A stretch of 64,000 nt of DNA from a virus (lineage: Duplodnaviria; Caudoviricetes), in IMG/VR virus record IMGVR_UViG_3300048502_000089, positions 24,279-88,278 of that record. One strand, 5' to 3'. The position numbers were made by a program, and so were the translations under genes. The notes below the pieces were generated by a model. It was not told the DNA's origin and searched no databases. It saw nothing but the letters and a program-made list of their open reading frames with translations. Below, one piece after another: positions 1 to 9,520 of this stretch; the stretch's first letter is position 1; each line of letters opens with the position of its first letter.

Positions 1-1
1 G

Positions 2-1813
2 GCGCTCGCCATCAAGACCATCTGAATGTGTAGATGCTACAGGGCTAACCAAACTCCCGCGTTGAGAAACCACAGGCTCAGCAATGTCAGCGCTTCCTCT
101 GCGCTTCTTCTGAGCACGCTTGAATCTGGTGGTCACGTTGGTATTCATATAGCGAGCTGCAGCCATGCTGTGTGAGCAGTCGTCGTGGACCTCATGGCCA
201 TTCTTCTGCCGCCAACCTTCAATGTCATCCGCGTGCCTCGAACACCGCTGGATGTCGACCCAGTAGTGACCGTCCTCGACAAGATCCTGTAGGCACGTCA
301 CTTGCGGGTCGAAGTCTCGGCCTTGAATCCACCAAACGGTCTTGAGCGGGGGCGTGTGCTCGCGCCAATCATCTCGTTGCTGGCGACCAGCCATATCCGC
401 AAAGCGGCCTGCAACGCGGAAGCCAGGAGCGATCCTGCGCCAATAGAGTTCTCGAGCGAGAACTTCATCAGCGAGTTTCGTAGCGCCAATCCCAGCCTTC
501 AGGAATTCATCGAAGGTGACATGTGATCCCTCGGGAATGATCGTGCTGCCGAATTGCACCGGCACGACGAGCGGGCCTTGCATCCACAGCACAGCACTCT
601 CAGCACCACCACCCCAGTCTGTGCCGGTCCAACACTTGCCGTACTCAGGGCGAGGTATCCATCCTTTGACGCTGAAGCGCTCGCGGAACCACGCCTCCAA
701 ATAGACACCGTCTGCCATCGGACGCCGGCACTCCATCTGTGCTTCCCAGACGAGCCGGTTGTTCTGCATGAACTTACCTTCGACATCCTCATGCGGCATC
801 CACCCACGCGAGCGAAAGAACTTACCCTTGCAGACAGAGGAAAGCGTGCGTGGATTGTCTTCACCCCATTCGCCTTTGACGATCCGATCACACTCGCACA
901 AACTATCTGGGTGTTTGCCCAATGCAGTAAGCCGTGCTCGACGATCTGGTTCAGGGACACACTGACAATTCGGTACTTCTTCCGCAGCCTCGAAAACACA
1001 ACTGCGGTAAATCTTCCACGCTGGTTTGAAGCCTGCTTCCTCCGCGTCCTCACATTCCTTGATGATCTTGGAGACAGGCCCATTGTTGGTCTTCAAAGTA
1101 GATGTACCAAAGTCTTGTGCTGCAATCCGCTCGCCAGCAATCACACTTGAGCTCGCCATGTTGCGACTCTCACTCCACACATCATCATCCATCAAATCAA
1201 CCTCATCTGCATGAACTTTATTCGGATGCGGTGAGTTGACGCCTGACTTGGAACCGACAAGAATCTCAATCTGAGAACCAGTCTTCCATTCAGTTTTCTT
1301 TCGCAGAGTGTCACCAATCTGCGGCTTCAATACTTTGCGCTGAGTACCATCGGCATCAACTGTAATCGTGTAGATAAAAGTCTTGACGTGTGTGTACGCG
1401 CGGTTCGCCTGATCCTCAATCGCGCCGAACGTACAACTCGTGCATCCGGGGCGAGTCTCAGCATTCACATAATGAACGATGCTTACCCCGAGTGTCTTTC
1501 CCATTTCACGCGAACCTACTTGAAATAGGGCACGTTCACGCTCGAAATAAGCATCAGCAATGAAGTCAAATGGAGCTTGATGGTCTGGGCAGACAGCTAT
1601 ACGCGGAATGTTATACCCGGTCTCAGCGAGGATCCAGGCATGTAGCTCATCATCCGTAGTAGGGCGTGGCCGAGATTTAGCTTTCGGCGCCGTACTTTGA
1701 TTACCTTGCAGCTTGTCAATTGCGGCAAGTACCTTGCGCCGGCCGGCATCATCGAGAGCTGGAAGCAATTGGCGAAGAGCATCAACATCAATCCCTAGCT
1801 CATTCGTCTTCAT
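2..1813 (-). CDS. terL: Terminase large subunit, partial (runs off window start)
   Basis: Absent from the ORF track, so translated by hand: open from ATG 1813 (MKTNELGIDV...) to base 2. Walker A GSREMGKT, Walker B VHADEVD, C-terminal nuclease-like DDCSHSMAAARY. Overlaps the TerS stop. Confidence 0.9.
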   Translation of the reverse strand, partial: MKTNELGIDVDALRQLLPALDDAGRRKVLAAIDKLQGNQSTAPKAKSRPRPTTDDELHAWILAETGYNIPRIAVCPDHQAPFDFIADAYFERERALFQVGSREMGKTLGVSIVHYVNAETRPGCTSCTFGAIEDQANRAYTHVKTFIYTITVDADGTQRKVLKPQIGDTLRKKTEWKTGSQIEILVGSKSGVNSPHPNKVHADEVDLMDDDVWSESRNMASSSVIAGERIAAQDFGTSTLKTNNGPVSKIIKECEDAEEAGFKPAWKIYRSCVFEAAEEVPNCQCVPEPDRRARLTALGKHPDSLCECDRIVKGEWGEDNPRTLSSVCKGKFFRSRGWMPHEDVEGKFMQNNRLVWEAQMECRRPMADGVYLEAWFRERFSVKGWIPRPEYGKCWTGTDWGGGAESAVLWMQGPLVVPVQFGSTIIPEGSHVTFDEFLKAGIGATKLADEVLARELYWRRIAPGFRVAGRFADMAGRQQRDDWREHTPPLKTVWWIQGRDFDPQVTCLQDLVEDGHYWVDIQRCSRHADDIEGWRQKNGHEVHDDCSHSMAAARYMNTNVTTRFKRAQKKRRGSADIAEPVVSQRGSLVSPVASTHSDGLDGER

Positions 1814-2342
1814 CTACGACCTCACCATCGACTTCTTCGCTATCAGGAGGTTCAACCACATCTGCGTCTGGAGGGTTCTCTTCAAGTTCAGAGACATCCA
1901 CACCAAGAACTTCAGCTAGTCGTGCCTTGAGCGCCTCGTCCAATTCCTTGCCACTCAATTTGGCTAGATCACGTTCACTCTCTCGATTGACTGAATCGAC
2001 GTAAGCGGTTGCGTCCATGAGAAGACGCATGGCATCGAGTTTGCTCTTGTCGTTGCTGGTCGAGCTCCTAATGATCTTCATCGCCTCGGCAGCAATTATT
2101 GGGGCATTTTCGCGCCCAGTCTCGGCCAAGACCTCTTGCACGCTCGCCTTTTGCCTGCGAATGCTCGCAGCCTTCGCCAACGCCCCTTGACGCCGTTGCT
2201 CTGTAGTAGAGAAGCGCCCCTCCTCCATGAGACGTAAGGCTAACTGGCGCTTTTCCTCTTTACGCTCAGGAGACCAGCCGGCTTTGCCGAACCCAGTCTC
2301 AGCTCCGTCTGGAAGGTCTGATCGGTCTATCTCTGTCGACAC
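1800..2342 (-). CDS. Probable terminase small subunit
   Basis: 180-aa helical protein with an acidic tail, directly upstream of and coupled to terL. Call is positional. Confidence 0.6.
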   Translation of the reverse strand: MSTEIDRSDLPDGAETGFGKAGWSPERKEEKRQLALRLMEEGRFSTTEQRRQGALAKAASIRRQKASVQEVLAETGRENAPIIAAEAMKIIRSSTSNDKSKLDAMRLLMDATAYVDSVNRESERDLAKLSGKELDEALKARLAEVLGVDVSELEENPPDADVVEPPDSEEVDGEVVDEDE

Positions 2343-2371
2343 TTAGCAGAGGATACCGGAATGGATAGCTA

Positions 2372-3769
2372 CTAGCCACCAGAGATGTCGGTGACGGCAA
2401 GTGCTCGCTCGAGCGCGAAATAGGCACAGAGCCACACACACGAGTTGCCAATCGCCTTCAATCTATCGGCACGCTTAGGGATCTCACGCGCTACTCGCGG
2501 CGCGACATGAAGCGGTTCGTCACCCCATCCAACCGGAGTACAGAAAGAAGTAGGCACTCGAGGGTCGGTCCACCAGAGAGGCATCCCCATCAACCACTCT
2601 ACCCATGTGGGATTGAGGCTGCCATCTGCCTGCGTTCGCAAATTGTCGCCACCAGTACGTTTATCCGAGCGCCCTGGGCCACCTGTTCCATCGGCTGTGG
2701 TCGACGCCGACCACAGCCTTTGCTCGACCTGTACGGAACCAGCGAGACCGCTGCGTGCGTGAATCCGATCGTAATTCACATTCGGCCCATCATCTTTCCA
2801 ATCTCGAGACATCGGTGACGGCCACAAGTGGCCGTCACCCGCCTGCTTGAAGTCATTGCGCGCAAGCACAGCCAATGAAGTAATCGTCTTCCGTGGCCCA
2901 CCAGCAAGACGAGACTTCATCGCCATATGTGCATCTGGAGATTTCCCATCGTCGTTAGCACAAGGGGTTGGCAGGAGCGCACCTCGCGCAGCTACAGCAT
3001 CATCAAGATCATTACTTCTTTGCTTGTCCAAAAACCTCTTCGCCTGTGGGCCTCCATGAATCCCATCTCTAGCTTGAGCGGTCGGCCAGGGCACTGGCCG
3101 ACCTTCGCCAAACAACAAAACTCCAGCCCAATAGCTCCACCCGTCTTTGCGTGTGGACTTGCACTTAGCTATCGGGACGAGTTCACTGAGTTCTTCTTCA
3201 GATGCTCTACCAGCTCGAGGGAATTTTACAGTCCATTCAAGGCCACCAGAAATCTCTCCGTACACTGGGTTCTGAGCGATACCAGCAGGACGAGCGATGA
3301 TCCAAATACGCTCACGAAGATGCGGAGCACCAACTGCAGCGGCTGGGATCACATCCCACTCGGCGTTGTAACCCATATTCAAGAGGTCACTGAGAACCAC
3401 ATCAAGACCGCGGCTACGAAGAATGGAGACATTCTCAATAAGTACGACACTAGGACTTAGCTCATCAATCACCCGTGCGAATTCACTCCACAAACCAGAA
3501 CGTGAACCTTCAATACCTGCACCCCGACCAGCTCCCGAAATGTCTTGGCAAGGGAATCCTCCTACAAGCACATCGATCTCACTGGGCACAGATTCCTCGG
3601 TCACGTCATGAACATCACTAAAGATCATCTCACCAGGAAAGCGTCTCGCAAGAACGCGCTGGCAAAATGGATCCATCTCAGCCATGAATACACCACGGCC
3701 CCCGAGCTGCTGACAGGCATACTCAAGCATCCCAACCCCTGAGAAGAGGCCACCATAGGTGAAGCTCAT
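2372..3769 (-). CDS. DNA (cytosine-5)-methyltransferase
   Basis: Motifs LFSGVG, GGFPCQ, IENV, RERIW and terminal RLKAIGNS. The variable region has repeated (W/L)PT/PS blocks and LNPTWVEWLMG. Confidence 0.95.
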   Translation of the reverse strand: MSFTYGGLFSGVGMLEYACQQLGGRGVFMAEMDPFCQRVLARRFPGEMIFSDVHDVTEESVPSEIDVLVGGFPCQDISGAGRGAGIEGSRSGLWSEFARVIDELSPSVVLIENVSILRSRGLDVVLSDLLNMGYNAEWDVIPAAAVGAPHLRERIWIIARPAGIAQNPVYGEISGGLEWTVKFPRAGRASEEELSELVPIAKCKSTRKDGWSYWAGVLLFGEGRPVPWPTAQARDGIHGGPQAKRFLDKQRSNDLDDAVAARGALLPTPCANDDGKSPDAHMAMKSRLAGGPRKTITSLAVLARNDFKQAGDGHLWPSPMSRDWKDDGPNVNYDRIHARSGLAGSVQVEQRLWSASTTADGTGGPGRSDKRTGGDNLRTQADGSLNPTWVEWLMGMPLWWTDPRVPTSFCTPVGWGDEPLHVAPRVAREIPKRADRLKAIGNSCVWLCAYFALERALAVTDISGG

Positions 3770-3778
3770 GCGGAGATT

Positions 3779-4252
3779 CTACTGCTCAGCAATCGAAGGG
3801 CCGGCAAGAGCTAATACCAAGGCGTCAGTTCGATCGCCACCACCTTTATCGATGCGACCAAACTGAATCTGTGGGTAACGCTTCTTCATCTCATCAAAAG
3901 CTTCTTGCTTGGAAAGAGCTCCATTGTCAAGTACAGCTTTGCGGGCAGATGTCACTCGAGCCTCCACCACGACGAGCCCTTTCAGCTTGCAAGCGATCAC
4001 ACTGGCGGCTTGGTAGTGGCTCACCACTCGTGTCGATTGAGCATTACGTTCGACACTGAGGAATTCGATACATGCCATATCGGGCTTGTTGATCGCTACC
4101 CACGATCGAAGCCATACGAAATACTCAGTCAATCGAGCGGGAGCTGATCCGTTCTTGGGACGATCCCAAGCATCAACTAGGAGTGGCTCCCCGTCAACAG
4201 CAAGAGCCACTCCACAGCACGACGAACTAGGGTCAATCCCAACTACTTTCAT
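3779..4252 (-). CDS. ruvC: RuvC-like Holliday junction resolvase
   Basis: VVGIDPS N-terminus, conserved IE, K-x-AV helix and C-terminal DRTDAL. Confidence 0.85.
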   Translation of the reverse strand: MKVVGIDPSSSCCGVALAVDGEPLLVDAWDRPKNGSAPARLTEYFVWLRSWVAINKPDMACIEFLSVERNAQSTRVVSHYQAASVIACKLKGLVVVEARVTSARKAVLDNGALSKQEAFDEMKKRYPQIQFGRIDKGGGDRTDALVLALAGPSIAEQ

Positions 4253-4274
4253 GCGTCAGATTCACCCGGTTGCG

Positions 4275-4556
4275 CTAGTCGCATACCTGCTCCCTGACCG
4301 CTCCGCAACGCTGGCAGCGCCTGAGCTTGCGCCCGACCGACATCACGCCACGGAGCACGTCGATCATCGGTGCCGTGTCGAAGTCGGGAACCCAAGCCTC
4401 ACCGGCCTTCCGCCACCAATGCAGGTGCAGGCGACACAGCAGCGGGCGAGGCTCACGGCGCGTCTTGAGCGTCTTGAGCGTCATCCCTTCGACCAGCTCG
4501 AAGCGCTGCCCGTACTCGCCGCCGACAACGACGATCTCACGTTCGCTTTGCCCCAT
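4275..4556 (-). CDS. Hypothetical protein with a C-terminal CxxC
   Basis: Start moved to ATG 4556, coupled to the upstream stop. Contains LCRLHLHWW and CQRCG. Confidence 0.55.
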   Translation of the reverse strand: MGQSEREIVVVGGEYGQRFELVEGMTLKTLKTRREPRPLLCRLHLHWWRKAGEAWVPDFDTAPMIDVLRGVMSVGRKLRRCQRCGAVREQVCD

Positions 4557-4813
4557 CAGGACGCTGCCTTCTGCGCGTAGATGGCGGGCATTGCCGCTTC
4601 GAGCGCGAGGTACATGCCGCCCCGCAACTCCTCGTCGTCGGGCAAGTGCTGCCACAGGAGATCCTTCAGCGCTTGGCACGCGGCGTCTACTGCTGCGGCG
4701 CAGGGCGCGGTCCCTGTGTCCTCAAGCGTCTTGTGCCACGCCGCCATTTCGGCGTGATCCGTAGCCGTGAAGCCGTACTCGTCTCGTCTGTCGTTTTGCC
4801 CCAAAGGTGTCAT
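4556..4813 (-). CDS. Hypothetical protein
   Basis: 85-aa ORF overlapping both neighbours in the operon. Confidence 0.55.
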   Translation of the reverse strand: MTPLGQNDRRDEYGFTATDHAEMAAWHKTLEDTGTAPCAAAVDAACQALKDLLWQHLPDDEELRGGMYLALEAAMPAIYAQKAAS

Positions 4814-5211
4814 TTGATCTGTCCAGTCATCTTGCGATGGCGAGCATGAATCTCTTCCCGCGTATCAAGGTGCGGGTGGTCTGGGTGATGAGGCCCGCAG
4901 TAACGATGTAGACCATCTGCCGTCTTGTACTTGCCGATCTTTGGGCACTTTGGCTCGACACAATTCACATGCCGCCACACATGGTAAGAGATTGTTACCA
5001 AACCAGCAACCAGCGTTATCTCGCCAAAATCGCTGATGATCCCTGACCACGAGTTGTAACCCTGGCAATCTCTAACTGCAACCTTTGAGCCAGCGCAATA
5101 CCCCAATGGATGGGCGAGATAGCTCGGCAGAAAACTTATCAGTAGGTAGACAAATATCCACCATAAAACCCAAACAGCAGAGAGCAACAGTAACTTAGTC
5201 CTCAGCCTCAT
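4810..5211 (-). CDS. Membrane protein with a Cys/His-rich C-terminus
   Basis: Two hydrophobic segments, then CVEPKC and YCGPHH. Start moved to ATG 5211. Confidence 0.6.
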   Translation of the reverse strand: MRLRTKLLLLSAVWVLWWIFVYLLISFLPSYLAHPLGYCAGSKVAVRDCQGYNSWSGIISDFGEITLVAGLVTISYHVWRHVNCVEPKCPKIGKYKTADGLHRYCGPHHPDHPHLDTREEIHARHRKMTGQIK

Positions 5212-5393
5212 CAGAACATCACCTTCCTCCACCGACGCAAATCATCGTCACTGTACCTCTGAAACATAAGCGCATGGGCATCGAACGTTGGCACACGCCA
5301 AGAGATCCCCCACCGCTTCCCTGGCTGGAGATAGATACTCAGCAGCGCTCTAGGCTTCTTGGATGAATCTTTATGTATATGAATGGCGATCAT
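5211..5393 (-). CDS. Hypothetical protein
   Basis: 60-aa ORF coupled to both neighbours. Confidence 0.45.
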   Translation of the reverse strand: MIAIHIHKDSSKKPRALLSIYLQPGKRWGISWRVPTFDAHALMFQRYSDDDLRRWRKVMF

Positions 5394-7072
5394 CCCTCGC
5401 CATCCTTCGTCATCCAGCGCGTCATCTGCCGAGACGCGCGCTCGACATCGCGGTGGTAGTTGCCCTGCAATACCTTCATCTTCCTGATTGTCTTCTTGAC
5501 ATTCTTCACAGCTTCCTCGTACTGCTGTACCTGCGGGTCACGAGCAACTCGTGCGGATCGCTGAGACTCTGTGAGTTTCTTGCCATCCTCATTGACTGGG
5601 ACAGCTTCTTCAGCCGTGAGCTCGGCGCCCTTGAGCAACTTCTCGAGATCATCGAGCATGTCTTCCTCATGGGTAATCACAAGGCCGATACGACTTTCGA
5701 CAGCATGAAAACGCGCATGAAGTGAGTAAATCTCTTCGCGCGTACACTTGCTCATATCAGCCGGCATCCGCGGAGGATCCTCGATGTCATCGGGAAGCGG
5801 GAACTTCTCCTTCTCAACAAGAGCATCGAAATGAGCCTTCGCATCACGGCTGGCTTCATCAGGCACATGAAGCGGAGCTGCTGGGGCAGGAGGTTGAGCA
5901 ACCACCGCTGCGACTTCCTCCGCGACCGCAACCTGCGCCTCTGGTGCAGCCGCTACAGGCGCAGGAGTAGATACGGCTGCGGCTGGTACATCAGCCGGTG
6001 GAGAGAACGCAGCATCCGCAGGCGCAGCTTCGACCGCCTGTGCAGCACTCGCTGCAGCTTCCTCAGCAATTGTCTGAGGCTGTGCTGGCGCGGGCGCTGG
6101 CACATTAGCCTCGTCTAGCGCTCGAGCAGCTAGCAGCTCTTCGCGCGTCACGCCCTGCCCGGTGGGATTGTCCACCATGAAGCGAAGTTCGTTGTCACCG
6201 ATCTTCATGACATCCTGCCGGCCACGACCATAGATTTTCAGCAGTGGCCCAGTGACTTTCCCTTCAAGCTCTTCACGTTCCGCTGAAAGTCCAACACTCG
6301 TCGGCGCAGCATTTGGCACCGGAGTAGGCGGTGGCACAATAGGAGCACTAGAAGCTGGAGGGACCACCATGCGCGTCGTCTCAATCGATTCCTGCACTGG
6401 AGTTGGCTCCTCTGTAGCTGATGCCTCTTGACGTGGTGCTGGTGTTGGATGCTCGATCACCCATCGTAGAGCCTCGGTCGACATTGATGCAATCTCAGAC
6501 GGATCGATCTGATGAGCACGCATAATCGGGAAGGTCAATTGATCCTCGAGCGCCTGACGCTCAGCAGGGTCTTCCTCGGCAGCTTCCACGGGAGCGGTCT
6601 CTGCAACAGCTTCCGCAACTGGTGCTGTAACGCCACCTAGAGAAGTCGCATCTTCTGCCATTAGTCCCCGGCTCTTGAGTTCGGCATACACGTTAGCAAG
6701 TTCTGTAGAGACATCTGAGCCAGATGCCGCAGTTGCTTCGAGTGAACCTGTGATCTTGAGTAGAACATCATCAGCAATGGCCGACATCGTCGACGCATTC
6801 TCTTCTGTTGTAGCCACAATACCTCCTTCATTGATCTGATTCATATCCACTTCAGCAATAGACAGGACTGCGATTACATCGACATCCCGATTGCCTGCTT
6901 TGAAAGCTTGGTCCGCCATACCCACAAGCATCTGTGCTGCCTCCAGACGAGCCTTTGGATCTGGCGGTAATTGGCCATCTACATCCAGCTCGAATAGACC
7001 ACGATTGACTGCCTCAGTGAGAATCGTGTCAGCCTGATACTCAGTGAGCGTTGGTACGAGGCGCTCAGGCAT
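5390..7072 (-). CDS. Multidomain protein with Ala/Pro-rich linkers, a duplicated ~42-aa module and a C-terminal UvsY-like domain
   Basis: C-terminal KLTESQRSARVARDPQVQQYEE...DVERASRQMTR resembles phage recombination-mediator-like coiled coils. Lies near recA. Confidence 0.5.
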   Translation of the reverse strand: MPERLVPTLTEYQADTILTEAVNRGLFELDVDGQLPPDPKARLEAAQMLVGMADQAFKAGNRDVDVIAVLSIAEVDMNQINEGGIVATTEENASTMSAIADDVLLKITGSLEATAASGSDVSTELANVYAELKSRGLMAEDATSLGGVTAPVAEAVAETAPVEAAEEDPAERQALEDQLTFPIMRAHQIDPSEIASMSTEALRWVIEHPTPAPRQEASATEEPTPVQESIETTRMVVPPASSAPIVPPPTPVPNAAPTSVGLSAEREELEGKVTGPLLKIYGRGRQDVMKIGDNELRFMVDNPTGQGVTREELLAARALDEANVPAPAPAQPQTIAEEAAASAAQAVEAAPADAAFSPPADVPAAAVSTPAPVAAAPEAQVAVAEEVAAVVAQPPAPAAPLHVPDEASRDAKAHFDALVEKEKFPLPDDIEDPPRMPADMSKCTREEIYSLHARFHAVESRIGLVITHEEDMLDDLEKLLKGAELTAEEAVPVNEDGKKLTESQRSARVARDPQVQQYEEAVKNVKKTIRKMKVLQGNYHRDVERASRQMTRWMTKDGEG

Positions 7073-7308
7073 CAGAAGTCAGACGCATCCCTTCTACTTG
7101 CCATGTCTTCAGCGTAAAACTTCTCTCGGTCCACACGCCTTACTAGGATTTCGACCTCTTCACCTTCCTCGAACGGATGGCCATCATCCTCGATGTACTC
7201 TGGATCAACTGCGATCTCAATGTAACCCCCATCAGGGGTGTCCCGATGAATGGTCTGATTGAAATACGTCGAGTCTCCGCGAGTCTTCCATACTCCTTTC
7301 CAACTCAT
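7072..7308 (-). CDS. Small acidic hypothetical protein
   Basis: ATG 7308 overlaps the upstream TGA (ATGA coupling). Confidence 0.55.
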   Translation of the reverse strand: MSWKGVWKTRGDSTYFNQTIHRDTPDGGYIEIAVDPEYIEDDGHPFEEGEEVEILVRRVDREKFYAEDMASRRDASDF

Positions 7309-8369
7309 TTCACACCCCATCTCCTCAAGACCGCAGCGCGTGTCTTGGCGTAGTCGTAATCTGGACGGATCTTCTTCGCCCCGGCGATCACGTTGGACTC
7401 CTCAAGCTTCTTGACCTTGCCGGTGTAATCAGCTTTACATCCAAGCGCTTTGAATTCACAGTATTGGCATGGAGTGACTGACCACTTTGCCTTCTCCTTC
7501 TCCCGCGGATGCTCAGGGATCTCGCCAGCAAGGAATGCCTCCCGATACTGAGTTAGCTTCTCACGGCCAGCAGCCATCATCTCTTCATCGAGACTGACGT
7601 AGTAGCTGACGGTCGTCAGAGGCTCCTCACGAGAGCTATAGATCAGAGTGCCATCGTCAGGAGCATCAAGTGTGATCTTGATTTGGTCACAAGCGAAGTT
7701 CTCATGAATTGGACACCACAGCATCGGACTATCAGGGAGAATCGGTCGCAAGATCGCCCAAGAACTTTCACACAGCGTCACTGTCGGACAGAACTGAGAC
7801 TCATTAGACAATGAGATGTAAGTCTTGATCTGTCGCAAATACTTCTCGTGGAGCTTGGGCGTCTCGTTGTGATCATTCTTCATCGCCATGACCTTCTCGT
7901 GGCTCGTCGTCTTCACCTCAACACAATGGCTCTTACGCCAAAACATCGGAAGAATGATCGCATCACTGGCACCAGTAAGCCAATGCTCACGGTCAACGAA
8001 CCCTGTCTGGAAATCATCGCCGGCTGTCTGGTCTGCACTCAACAGCACGCCTTCTGCTGCAAAGCGACGAATCCAGTCGAGCTCAAGATTCTTCCCGAGA
8101 TCGAACCATGCGCGCAGCCGCGGCTCAATCGGAGAAGTCTCTGGGAGGCCCATCAATCCATAAACGGCAGCTCGAGCACAGGCGTAAGGATCATCACCCG
8201 GAAATTTCGACGCATGAAAAGAAGTAAACCACGGAGATCCATGCGGAGAATCCCCTAGACCTTCCCGCCACGCACGTTCCTCTTCGCGCTGATAGGCCGT
8301 AATGAGAATCGGTTCTACAATCGAAACACCCGAAATCTCATTCCACAATGCAATTCTGCTAAGTCCCAT
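7305..8369 (-). CDS. Cas4/AddB-like PD-(D/E)xK exonuclease
   Basis: HASK...CAR, GASDAII, VEVKT, YLRQIKTY and C-terminal PCQYCEFKALGC (iron-staple-type cysteines). Adjacent to recA. Confidence 0.85.
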   Translation of the reverse strand: MGLSRIALWNEISGVSIVEPILITAYQREEERAWREGLGDSPHGSPWFTSFHASKFPGDDPYACARAAVYGLMGLPETSPIEPRLRAWFDLGKNLELDWIRRFAAEGVLLSADQTAGDDFQTGFVDREHWLTGASDAIILPMFWRKSHCVEVKTTSHEKVMAMKNDHNETPKLHEKYLRQIKTYISLSNESQFCPTVTLCESSWAILRPILPDSPMLWCPIHENFACDQIKITLDAPDDGTLIYSSREEPLTTVSYYVSLDEEMMAAGREKLTQYREAFLAGEIPEHPREKEKAKWSVTPCQYCEFKALGCKADYTGKVKKLEESNVIAGAKKIRPDYDYAKTRAAVLRRWGVK

Positions 8370-8416
8370 CGTGCCTCTGCTCCGATAGTCGCGTTTCTAT
8401 GATCATAGCTCTGAAA

Positions 8417-9520
8417 TCAATTTCCCGCAAGCATCGCATTGAGAATCACTGCAGCGAGCGCCGGCTCTGCATCAATGCGCTCGCGCAAACCACTCATCCC
8501 TTGCACCTTGTCCTTGTCATCACCGAGGATGCGATACCAGGAACTCTTCGCGCCGGTCTTCTCAGCGATCGGTGGTCGCCCAGTCCTAATCGCTACACCA
8601 CCATCCTCATCGAAGAACGTTGCGGCATCAAGCAGCTCGAATAGAGTGTCAAACTTGAAGGTATTCAAGTCAAGACGCATCCGAGCTACACGGAATGGGC
8701 GGCAAACACGGCTCTTATTCACACGCACCACCACTTCAATCCCATCTGCTTCCTTCTGTCCTGCTGGCCCGGTGCCAACTTCAACAGCGATCTTCTCATC
8801 GGTCTCGAGATAGCCGCCCTTGGGGTGGTAGTAGAGCCAAGATCCCTTGCGGAAGTGAAGGCTCATCGATGACCGGAACTCAAGCGACTTGCCACCGAGC
8901 GCGAATTCCTGCTTGGTTGTCTGGTCACGAGAAGAGTGATCGATAATGACCAGTGCATTCTCGTCCTTATCGAGAGAGTTGTGAATGCGTTTGATCGCTC
9001 GCTTCCACGCTCGGGCGTCCATCGCGCGAGTCCAGTCCTCAGCTTCGTTCGCCAACTCATCTACACAGACGGCTGCCGATGCACTATCGATCACATGGAC
9101 ATGGCATGATTTCAGGAGTGTCTCCATCTCGCGGGCGATGTCCTCGATGATCGTAACTTGCTCGAGCAGCATTCTCTTGGTATCCACGCCGAGATTCGCA
9201 GCGTGCTTCGCGTCCCAAATCTTCTCGACATTCCAGTAAGCCGCCTCAAGCCCATTCGGAAATGACTCTGACCGTAAAGCCTGTGCCGCTGCAATGATGA
9301 TATATGCAACATGCGTCTTCCCGGTGCTTGGGTCTCCCCAAAGACGAGTTATCCTGCCAAGTGGAATACCACCGGAAGTGATTCGCATGAGCGACGGTGA
9401 TGGCAAAGGGATTCGATCAACTGGTGCCTCCTCATCGCCGCGACCAATTGCGTCTATGCCACGGCGTTCACGGATTGCAGCTAGGTCATCATCCAAAGTG
9501 GAAACGTCTACGGGACTCAT
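8417..9520 (-). CDS. recA: RecA/UvsX-like recombinase
   Basis: GGIPLGRITRLWGDPSTGKT (Walker A), VIDSASA (Walker B), GGKSLEFRSSMSLHF. Confidence 0.92.
   Translation of the reverse strand: MSPVDVSTLDDDLAAIRERRGIDAIGRGDEEAPVDRIPLPSPSLMRITSGGIPLGRITRLWGDPSTGKTHVAYIIIAAAQALRSESFPNGLEAAYWNVEKIWDAKHAANLGVDTKRMLLEQVTIIEDIAREMETLLKSCHVHVIDSASAAVCVDELANEAEDWTRAMDARAWKRAIKRIHNSLDKDENALVIIDHSSRDQTTKQEFALGGKSLEFRSSMSLHFRKGSWLYYHPKGGYLETDEKIAVEVGTGPAGQKEADGIEVVVRVNKSRVCRPFRVARMRLDLNTFKFDTLFELLDAATFFDEDGGVAIRTGRPPIAEKTGAKSSWYRILGDDKDKVQGMSGLRERIDAEPALAAVILNAMLAGN

Noticed and set aside
7305-8369. Cas4-like gene as evidence of a CRISPR system
   Set aside because: There is no repeat-spacer array or other cas gene; the context is phage recombination.
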